19,080 nt of DNA from an uncultured Actinomycetota bacterium (GTDB lineage: Bacteria > Actinomycetota > Geothermincolia > Geothermincolales > RBG-13-55-18). A model generated the notes under the pieces. That model was given only the letters and a program-made list of their open reading frames with translations, searched no databases and was not told the origin of the DNA. Both the position numbers and the translations under genes were made by a program. The stretch spans positions 1-19,080 of the forward strand of contig CAZQFX010000041.1 in NCBI GenBank assembly GCA_964592775.1, given 5' to 3'. The number at the start of each line of letters is the position of its first letter. Position 1 is the stretch's first letter. Positions 8,234 to 15,167 of the stretch are shown one piece after another.

Positions 8234-8262
8234 ATTATTTATCATATAGCCCGTGATGTCAA
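8234..8262 (-). promoter_or_regulatory. Sigma-70-like promoter for the abrB-like/hgcA/hgcB unit
   Basis: Minus-sense TTGACA (plus 8257-8262), a 17-nt spacer, then AATAAT (plus 8234-8239). It sits in the only AT-rich tract of this region and predicts a leader of about 40-45 nt to ATG 8185. Confidence 0.45.
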
Positions 8263-8707
8263 CAGCAACGAGATGAAGGGGGTTCTTCTCGGGGAAAACG
8301 GCGCCCCGAGCTGGATCCCCTCCGCATCGACGGACCATCTCGACAGGCCGGGCGGGAACATGAGACCGGGTTGTCGTGAATATATGTTTTACCTGGTGAA
8401 CGCCGTTACAGATTACCATATCCCCTCCGAAATCATAATTCTCAGCCGGCCTGGCGAGCGCTGTCGCTCCCGGGGACCCGGCAGGCCATGCAAGAAGGCG
8501 TCGCGAGGATTCCCCCATCCGGTGCGGCGGGGATACGGGGGCCGTTCTACTCAAAAGGCGCGGATGGCGGAATGACCCTGACCTTCTCGCCACCCGCATG
8601 TTTCGCGTGAGGACAAGAGGTTTATTTGCCTGGTTTTCCGCCGATAAGAGATGTATAATCCAAACGCACCGGGCCGGCAGGCTCGAGAGCGACGACGGGA
8701 GAGAGAT

Positions 8708-9724
8708 TTGAACCGGCGCGAGATCCTGATGGCCGCCCTGGCCGGCGAGCCCGTTCCCCGTTTCCCCGTGATGGGCCCGGGCGGGCTCATCAACGTGGTC
8801 ACCCGCACCGTCCTGGACCGTTTCGGCATCCCCCTCCCCGCGGCCCATTACAGCGGGATGATGATGGCCGAGCTGGCTGCCGCCGCCTACGACGTGATGG
8901 GCTTCGACAACGTCGGCGTTCCCCTCTGCCTGACGGTGGAGGCCGAGGTGCTGGGGGCCAGGGTCGCTATCGGGGACAGCACCGCGCTCCCGCGCATCGT
9001 GGCTTTCCCGGAGATCCCCATGGAGGACATCATCGCCAACGCGCTGCCCGGCCTGCTCCAGCACGGCCGCGTGCCCCAGGTATTGCGGTCGATCGAGCTC
9101 CTGCGCGGCATGCGTCCGGGCATCCCGATCATAGGCAACATGGCGGGGCCCGCGACACTGGCCGCTTCCCTCATCCGCCCCTCCCTCATGATCGAACTGT
9201 TGAAGCGGGACGCGAGCTTCCTCAACCGGCTCCTGGAGGGCATTATCTCCTTCCTGTGCGCCTACGCCGAGGCCATGGTGGAGAAGGGCGCGGACATCAT
9301 CATGATCCACGAACCCGCCGCCCGCTCCGGCTCGTACATGGGATTCGACCTCTTCTTCAACGTCATCCCCTACTTCAACGAGTTGAGCCGCTACGCCCAC
9401 CTGGGGGGCGCCAGGGTCATCCTGCACGTCTGCGGCGGCCGCACGGAGCACGTAAAGATGTGCGGGGAAACCGACGTGGACGCCTACTCCTTCGAGGCGG
9501 AGGTGAACCCGGGCGAGGCCCATGCCTTACTGCACAAGCCGATAATCGGGACGGTGCCGGCCTCCCTGGTGCATTACTTCCCTCCGGAGATGGTCCTGGA
9601 GGAGACGCTGATGGCGGTGTCGAACGGCGCCGCCCTCATGGCACCTCCCTGCGGTCTCGGCCTGGACACCCCCTTCCAGAACCTGCGCATCATGAAAGAG
9701 GCCTCCCACCGCTTCGCCGTTTAG
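8708..9724 (+). CDS. MtaA/MtbA/MtsA-family methylcobamide:thiol methyltransferase (MT2, uroporphyrinogen-decarboxylase fold)
   Basis: Lies in ORF 8651-9724. It aligns by eye along its length with Methanosarcina MtaA: REILMAALAGEPVPRFPV, PLCLTVEAEVLG, LLQHGRVPQVLRSIELLR, IPIIGNMAGPATLAASL, AYAEAMVEKGADIIMIHEPAA, and the zinc ligands in VILHVCGG and ALMAPPCGLGLDTP. The start is uncertain. I prefer TTG 8708 (GGGAG 6 nt upstream) because a TATAAT box (8654-8659) overlaps ATG 8651. ATG 8729 is also possible. Confidence 0.87.
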   Translation: MNRREILMAALAGEPVPRFPVMGPGGLINVVTRTVLDRFGIPLPAAHYSGMMMAELAAAAYDVMGFDNVGVPLCLTVEAEVLGARVAIGDSTALPRIVAFPEIPMEDIIANALPGLLQHGRVPQVLRSIELLRGMRPGIPIIGNMAGPATLAASLIRPSLMIELLKRDASFLNRLLEGIISFLCAYAEAMVEKGADIIMIHEPAARSGSYMGFDLFFNVIPYFNELSRYAHLGGARVILHVCGGRTEHVKMCGETDVDAYSFEAEVNPGEAHALLHKPIIGTVPASLVHYFPPEMVLEETLMAVSNGAALMAPPCGLGLDTPFQNLRIMKEASHRFAV

Positions 9725-9860
9725 GGCCAGGCCGGGGGGTCGAGCCTGGAAGGGGATCGGGAATGGTGCCATCGAGATAAGAGCCTGCTTCATGCGCTTG
9801 TGTTGGTAGCTATGCCGGGCTCGGCCCTTCAGCCTGACGACATCGAGCGTCCTGCCATAT

Positions 9861-10889
9861 TCAGGAAGGATTCTCGATATTCGAGACCTGACCCCGGGCG
9901 AGACCCCGGGCGATCTCCTCGCCACCCAGGCGGCGCAGGCGGACGGCGTCGTCGATCACCAGGTAGGTCATGGCGGTCTCGTCTCCGGAGCCCTCCACCC
10001 AGCAGCCGCTGTTGGCCATGAGCACCTGCCTGCCGCCGACGGGGAGGCGCGAGAACCCCGCCCTGTGGGTGTGCCCGAAGACGAAGAGGTCGGGGATGTA
10101 GCCGGGCAGGAAGTCGCGCAGCAGCTTCAGAGCCTCGCTCGTGTTCTGCTCCACGCTGGTAAGGCGCCGCGGGCTCGCCCCCGATCCCGTCTGGAAACGC
10201 AGCAGGCGCGCGAAGAACCTCAATACGCCGTAGAAGCGGTACTCCCAGGCCCGCAGTTCCGGCACCCTGGCGGTCTGCGTCAGCAGCTCGAAGAAGGGCT
10301 TGTTCAAGCGGTCGATATCCGAAAGAGCGATGCCCCGCGACCTTCCCAGGATCCAGCGCGCCAGCCACGAGGTCTTGGCCCACCAGAAGGAGCGGCTGAA
10401 GAAATCGAGGTGGTGTCCGTGCATGAGCAGTACCGACCTGCCGCTGACTTCCAGGCTGAGAAACGGGTAGTGCATCCACAGGGGGAGGTCATGTACCAGG
10501 CACGATCTGCCCTCCACCGCCCGCTCGGGAGTCGGGCTTATGGATACTCCTTCCAGTTCCTCCCAGCCCGCCTCCCGGCGCAGGCGCCTGTCCTCGCAGG
10601 CGGTCCAGAGGTGATAGTCATGATTGCCCGCCACGAGCACGCACTCCCGGGGCAATCCCCAGGCGGTAAGGGCGCGGAAGAAGGGTGCGCCCGCGCCCGC
10701 CGCGGCGGTAAAACCGGTGCTCCACAGGTCCCATATGTCTCCAAGCAGGACCAGCTTGTCGATATCGCCGGCCTCGCCCAGTTCCGATAGCAGCCTTTCC
10801 ACGAGATCCCGGCGGACGAGCAGCGCGCTGCCGTCTCCGAAATGCAGGTCGCTCAGGACCGCGATCCTCTTTGCTGGATTCTCACCCAT
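9861..10889 (-). CDS. Calcineurin-like metallophosphoesterase (LpxH-like architecture)
   Basis: This is the C-terminal 342 codons of the otherwise spurious ORF 9861-12050. Start ATG 10889 has AAGGGGTG 5 nt upstream. It has the full motif set: LSDLHFG, LLGDIWD, VAGNHD, LMHGHH, FGHTH. Confidence 0.88.
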   Translation of the reverse strand: MGENPAKRIAVLSDLHFGDGSALLVRRDLVERLLSELGEAGDIDKLVLLGDIWDLWSTGFTAAAGAGAPFFRALTAWGLPRECVLVAGNHDYHLWTACEDRRLRREAGWEELEGVSISPTPERAVEGRSCLVHDLPLWMHYPFLSLEVSGRSVLLMHGHHLDFFSRSFWWAKTSWLARWILGRSRGIALSDIDRLNKPFFELLTQTARVPELRAWEYRFYGVLRFFARLLRFQTGSGASPRRLTSVEQNTSEALKLLRDFLPGYIPDLFVFGHTHRAGFSRLPVGGRQVLMANSGCWVEGSGDETAMTYLVIDDAVRLRRLGGEEIARGLARGQVSNIENPS

Positions 10890-10987
10890 TGCCGCACCCC
10901 TTGCAGGTCGACCGAGATTAAAATACCACACTCCTCCCGATGAAGCGCGGACGGAAGGTATAGGAGTAGGGTGGGGTGCGGGTTCGG

Positions 10988-12100
10988 TCAGACCGTCTCC
11001 ATCACCGCCCGGGGTTTGATCTCCACTTCCAGGTCGCCTTCCCCGGACAGCTCCCATTCCGCGTTCGACTGCACGTCCAAGGCCATCTCGAAGAGGCCCT
11101 GGGCCATGCCCACGATGAGAAGGTGCCCCGCGGCGTTGTCGATGCGCAGGCGCATGCCGTTCGTGCCCATGTGTATCACCTTCAGATTTCCCATGCCCCT
11201 GACGGCGAGCTGGGTGCGGAAGTCTCCCTCGTCGCCGACCTCCTCGATGGAGTAGAAGCCCGTGCGGGTGAAACGCCGCTGCGCCTCCACCACCACATCG
11301 GGGATGGTCTCGCCCAGTTCGTCTTCCAGCGCCCCGAACAGGGTGTCGAGAAGCTCCGGGCCCAGGATGGCCAGGCGGCGGCCGGAGAACTTGTTCGCGA
11401 TCAGGCCCCGGTCCAGGTACCACCTGAACCCCGAAAGCGCCGCGGGGAGACCGCAGGTGCCGCACCTCTCCAGCTCGATATCCCCGTCGCGGTGATGGTA
11501 GGTGCTGGTCTGGAGTTTCTCCTTGAGCTCCTCCGGGTACTCGGTCCAGCGCGTGGTGAACTCGTACAGGCCGTGCGATATCTCCCGGTAGGAGACGGCG
11601 TGCTCGCCCCCCACCAGGGCCGAGGCGACGCCGGCGATGGCCCCCGCGGCTTCCGGCACGGAAAAGGGGGCCTCGATGCGCGTGACGGAATAATCGTCCT
11701 CGTCCCTCTCGTAGCGCGATTCCACGAACTCGTATTTCCCGAACCCGATTATATGGCAGTAGTTCATGACCGGCTCGAGGAACAAAACGGGGTCCATCTG
11801 TTTCGCCACCACCATCTCCCTGATGTTCTCGGGGATCAGTTGGTTCATGTACTTCTCGGTCCCCCTTGCCACGATGTTGGTGACCATGTTCTCGATGGAC
11901 ATGCCGATGATGTCGCCGATGTTCCTGAAAAGCGGATCCAGGTTCTCGCACTCGATGAAGCCCATGCGGGCCTCGGGATTCACCCTCTGCACGATATCCC
12001 CGTTGTTGAGCCAGATCTGTCCCTGGTTGAAGGGCTCGGGGATCCTGCACTCCGGGCAGAACTCGATGTTCACGGGTCCATGTCCTTCCTCTCGCTTCAT
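10988..12100 (-). CDS. Hypothetical protein with an internal duplication: two CxxC knuckles, each followed by a V4R/COG1719-like module
   Basis: 370-aa ORF. Half 1 begins FCPECRIPEPFNQGQIWLNNGDIV...ARMGFIECENLDPLFRNI. Half 2 begins RCGTCGLPAALSGFRWYLDRGLIA...GRRLAILGPELLDTLFGALEDELG. The R-hydrophobic-run plus L..L...L..G pattern recalls V4R-type small-molecule-binding proteins. Coding status is solid; the functional assignment is weak. Confidence 0.7.
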   Translation of the reverse strand: MKREEGHGPVNIEFCPECRIPEPFNQGQIWLNNGDIVQRVNPEARMGFIECENLDPLFRNIGDIIGMSIENMVTNIVARGTEKYMNQLIPENIREMVVAKQMDPVLFLEPVMNYCHIIGFGKYEFVESRYERDEDDYSVTRIEAPFSVPEAAGAIAGVASALVGGEHAVSYREISHGLYEFTTRWTEYPEELKEKLQTSTYHHRDGDIELERCGTCGLPAALSGFRWYLDRGLIANKFSGRRLAILGPELLDTLFGALEDELGETIPDVVVEAQRRFTRTGFYSIEEVGDEGDFRTQLAVRGMGNLKVIHMGTNGMRLRIDNAAGHLLIVGMAQGLFEMALDVQSNAEWELSGEGDLEVEIKPRAVMETV

Positions 12101-12290
12101 GTTTGCGACCTTACATACGGCGCTTACGGCAACGCCTAATTACTAATCGGGATTGCTCAAGTCAAGCTTTACGGCATGGGACGGCATGCATGGGGTCGCC
12201 GCTCATGGTACGCCGGCACGGAGGCGGAGCCGCGCCCCGGCGGGAACGGGGAGCGTGGGGGCCGGGGCCGCGAAATCCCCGGGATTGGGA

Positions 12291-12296
12291 TATAAT
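12291..12296 (+). promoter_or_regulatory. Candidate -10 box (TATAAT) for the cysteine synthase gene
   Basis: A perfect TATAAT lies 57 nt upstream of ATG 12353. No convincing -35 was found. Confidence 0.3.
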
Positions 12297-12352
12297 GCGG
12301 ATATCGGCAATCCAGACAGCGGTCTTGTTATGAAAAGGACGGAGATGCGATT

Positions 12353-13303
12353 ATGGTCGTCGCGAACAACGCCCTTGACCTCATTGGACATACGCCGATG
12401 GTAAGGCTGAACAAGGTCACCCCCAACAACCCCCGTATGGAGGTCTACGCCAAGATGGAGGGCTACAATCCCTGTTCATCGGTGAAGGACCGCATCGCCA
12501 AGTGCATGATCGAGGGCGCGGAAGAGCGGGGTGTATTGACCCGGGACAAGACCATCGTGGAGGCGAGCAGCGGCAACACCGGCATAGGGCTGGCCATGGT
12601 CGCCGCCCATAAGGGGTACCGGTTGAAGATCATCATGCCCGAGTCCATGAGCGTGGAGAGGCGGCGCGTAATGCAGGCCTTCGGGGCGGAGGTCGTCCTC
12701 ACCCCGGCTGTGCAGGGGATGAACGGAGCCATCGCCATGGCCGAGGAGTTGGAGAAAGACCCGCGGTACTATCATACGAACCAGTACGCCAATCCCGATA
12801 ACGTCCGCGCCCACTACGAGGGCACCGGCGCCGAGATCCTGGAACAGGTGGAGGGCATCGACGCCCTGGTGGCGGGTCTCGGCACCGGGGGGACGATCAT
12901 GGGGGTGGGCAGGAGACTGCGCGAGGTCTATCCCGACCTGCGCATCGTGGGCGTGGAGCCGTATCCCGGTTCCCTCATCCAGGGACTGCGCAACCTGCAG
13001 GAGTTCGTCCCGCCCATCCTCGACGTCTCCATCATGGACGAGAAGCTCAACGTGGAAGACGGGTGCGCCTTCAACACCGTGAGGGTGCTGGCCAACATCG
13101 AGGGGCTGTTCGTCGGCATATCCTCGGGCGCCGCCGTGCACGCCGCGCTCCAGGTTGCGGATACGATGGACAGCGGCAGGATCGTGGTCATCCTGCCGGA
13201 CCGCGGCGACCGCTACCTGAGCACCGATTGTTTCACCTGCACCAACCTGGAGTGCGTCTACCGCGACTTCCTCCAGTCACTCCAAACCGAACACAAGAGA
13301 TAA
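12353..13303 (+). CDS. cysK: PLP-dependent cysteine synthase (CysK/CysM family) with a Cys-rich C-terminal extension
   Basis: 316-aa ORF. GGAG lies 8 nt upstream of the ATG. PLP-lysine motif NPCSSVKDRIA, Gly-rich loop SSGNTGIGLA, phosphate loop GLGTGGTIMG, and the ending ILPDRGDRYLS. CysK versus CysM cannot be resolved by eye. An extra tail, DCFTCTNLECVYRDF..., is present. Confidence 0.9.
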   Translation: MVVANNALDLIGHTPMVRLNKVTPNNPRMEVYAKMEGYNPCSSVKDRIAKCMIEGAEERGVLTRDKTIVEASSGNTGIGLAMVAAHKGYRLKIIMPESMSVERRRVMQAFGAEVVLTPAVQGMNGAIAMAEELEKDPRYYHTNQYANPDNVRAHYEGTGAEILEQVEGIDALVAGLGTGGTIMGVGRRLREVYPDLRIVGVEPYPGSLIQGLRNLQEFVPPILDVSIMDEKLNVEDGCAFNTVRVLANIEGLFVGISSGAAVHAALQVADTMDSGRIVVILPDRGDRYLSTDCFTCTNLECVYRDFLQSLQTEHKR

Positions 13304-13350
13304 CCCATCCCACCTGAGCAACTGCTAATGGAAGTAAGCGTGTCCGCCGA

Positions 13351-13380
13351 TTAATTCTATGATTATATTATATATAGGGG
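13351..13380 (+). promoter_or_regulatory. AT-rich promoter region upstream of pilB
   Basis: TTAATTCTATGATTATATTATATATAGGGG is the only AT-rich tract between cysK and pilB. It contains several overlapping TATATT/TATATA -10 candidates 45-60 nt upstream of GTG 13424. The exact hexamers are not resolved. Confidence 0.35.
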
Positions 13381-13423
13381 TATCGTTTCTCCCCGCACAC
13401 GTGAGGACAAGGAGGCGGTAGGA

Positions 13424-15100
13424 GTGCCCTCGGCGACGGACAGGTTGTCGCAGCTCCTGCTCAAGAACAACGTCATAAACGAAAAGCAGCTCGCGGCGGC
13501 CCTGGAACGCCAGAAGGAGTCCGGTTCCTCGCTGGGCAGGGTCCTCCTCGAGATGGGCGTGGTCAAGGAGAACCAGCTCGCCGAGGTCATCGCCCGCGAG
13601 CTGGGCCTGGAGTACGTCGACCTTCTCGAATACAAGATCAACATCCAGGCCACCACGTCGATCGAGGAGTCGACGGCCCAGCGCTACACCTGCATCCCCA
13701 TCGATTTCGAGGACGGTCGCATGGTCGTGGCCATGGCCGATCCCACCAACATCTACGCCCTGGATGACATCCGGCTGAGCACGGGCTACGAGGTAAGGCC
13801 GGTGGTCAGCGCGCGTGAAGACATCATCAGCGCCATCCAGCGCTACTACCACCTGGATACCGACGTGGTCGAGGAGGCGTTGGAGGGAAAGGAGCTGGAT
13901 GAGGTCGAGGGGATCTCCGGCGTGGTGGACGACACGCCCCTGGTGCGCTTCACCACCACCATGATCGCCGAAGCCATCAACCGCGGGGCCAGCGACATCC
14001 ACGTGGATCCGCGCGAGAACGAGGTGCTCATCCGCTACCGCATCGATGGCGTATGCCAGGAGATCAAGCGGGTGCCCAAGAACATCCACCAGGGCATCGT
14101 CTCCCGCATCAAGATCATTTCCGATTTGAACATCGCGGAGCGGCGCGTTCCCCAGGACGGCCATTTCGGGATGGTCCAGAACGGCAAGGCCATCGATTTC
14201 CGCGTGGCCGTACTTCCCACCGTATACGGGGAGAAGGTGGTCATGCGTATCCTGGACAAGTCGAGCATCCTGCTGAGATTGGAGGACCTTGGCTTCCTCC
14301 CTGAATCCCTGGAGAAGTACCGCAAGGCCTTCATGCTCCCCCACGGCGCACTGCTGGTCACGGGCCCCACGGGTAGCGGGAAATCGACCTCCCTTTACGC
14401 CACGCTCAACGTGCTCAACACCGAGGAGAAGAACATCACCACCGTCGAGGACCCCGTGGAGTACCGCCTCGCCGGCATCAACCAGGTGCAGGTCAATCCC
14501 AAGGCGGGATTGCACTTCGCCAACGCCCTGCGCAACATCCTGCGCACGTCCCCGGATATCCTGATGGTGGGCGAGATCCGCGACCGCGAGACGGCGAAGA
14601 CCGCCATCGAGGCAGCCCTCACCGGCCACCTGGTCCTTTCCACCCTGCACACCAACGACGCGCCCAGCGCGCTTCCCAGGCTCATCGAGATGGGAGTGGA
14701 ATCCTTCCTCGTGGCCTCCGCCCTAAACTGCGTGCTGGCGCAGAGGCTGGTGAGGAAGCTGTGCCAGAACTGCAAGGTGCCCTACGAACCCGATCCGGAG
14801 GTGCTGAGGACACTCAACTTCCCCCGCAATGGAGAGGGGGAGGATATGATCCTCTACAAGGCGAGCGAGAACGGTTGCGCGAAATGCAGCGGCACCGGGT
14901 ACAAGGGGCGCGTCGGTCTCTACGAGGTCATGCCCATGAGCGAGGATATCCAGAGGCTGACGGTGAAGGAGGCCTCCGCAACCATCATCATGAACCAGGC
15001 CATCGAAGACGGGCTGCTGACCATGCGCGACGACGGCTTCGTCAAGGTGAAGATGGGGCTTACCTCCATCGAAGAGGTGATGAGGGTCGTCGCGGTGTGA
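13424..15100 (+). CDS. pilB: Type II/IV secretion-system ATPase (PilB/GspE family) with an N-terminal MshEN-type domain
   Basis: 558-aa ORF. GTG start with AAGGAGG and an 8-nt spacer. N-terminal T2SSE_N/MshEN repeats (RLSQLLLKNNVINEKQLAAALERQ; SLGRVLLEMGVVKENQLAEVIARELG), Walker A GPTGSGKST, Asp box and Walker B (ILMVGEIRD), His box (GHLVLSTLHTND), and a tetra-Cys zinc site (CQNC...CAKC). Confidence 0.93.
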   Translation: MPSATDRLSQLLLKNNVINEKQLAAALERQKESGSSLGRVLLEMGVVKENQLAEVIARELGLEYVDLLEYKINIQATTSIEESTAQRYTCIPIDFEDGRMVVAMADPTNIYALDDIRLSTGYEVRPVVSAREDIISAIQRYYHLDTDVVEEALEGKELDEVEGISGVVDDTPLVRFTTTMIAEAINRGASDIHVDPRENEVLIRYRIDGVCQEIKRVPKNIHQGIVSRIKIISDLNIAERRVPQDGHFGMVQNGKAIDFRVAVLPTVYGEKVVMRILDKSSILLRLEDLGFLPESLEKYRKAFMLPHGALLVTGPTGSGKSTSLYATLNVLNTEEKNITTVEDPVEYRLAGINQVQVNPKAGLHFANALRNILRTSPDILMVGEIRDRETAKTAIEAALTGHLVLSTLHTNDAPSALPRLIEMGVESFLVASALNCVLAQRLVRKLCQNCKVPYEPDPEVLRTLNFPRNGEGEDMILYKASENGCAKCSGTGYKGRVGLYEVMPMSEDIQRLTVKEASATIIMNQAIEDGLLTMRDDGFVKVKMGLTSIEEVMRVVAV

Positions 15101-15167
15101 TCTCGATCGCGGGTGCCTATAAGGCCGGTCCTTTGTCTTCCCATCCTTTGCCTTAAGTAATGGGAAA

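Noticed and set aside
8263-8650. Cobalamin or THF riboswitch in the hgc/MT2 intergenic region
   Set aside because: This was tempting because both flanking units involve corrinoid or methyl chemistry, and a GAGUAG...GGAUGGGGGAA stretch on the minus strand vaguely recalls THF elements. However, I could not find a B12 box (AGYCMGGNGACCKGCC-like), a GCCACUG core, or the THF P1/P2/pseudoknot pairings. The region is kept only as an unexplained non-coding region.
8186-9523. Upstream 446 codons of the 543-aa minus ORF 7892-9523
   Set aside because: Only the last 97 codons look like a protein (AbrB fold, good SD at ATG 8185). The rest runs antisense through the well-supported MT2 gene and through an AT-rich promoter tract, and is Arg/Gly/His/Pro-rich.
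10890-12050. N-terminal 387 codons of the 729-aa minus ORF 9861-12050
   Set aside because: It is out of frame with the real 10988-12100 gene on the same strand, and extremely Arg/Gly/His/Pro-rich. The metallophosphoesterase domain begins cleanly at ATG 10889 with an SD and the DLHFG motif 13 aa in.
10976-12139. 387-aa plus-strand ORF antisense to the CxxC/V4R-like gene
   Set aside because: Its composition (Arg/His/Gly/Pro/Val runs) and the lack of SD or motifs indicate a shadow ORF. The minus-strand protein has balanced composition and an internal duplication.
13325-14650. 441-aa minus-strand ORF antisense to pilB
   Set aside because: pilB on the plus strand has a full Walker A/B, Asp-box, His-box and tetra-Cys signature. 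The antisense product is Asp/Gly/His/Leu/Val-rich with nothing recognisable.
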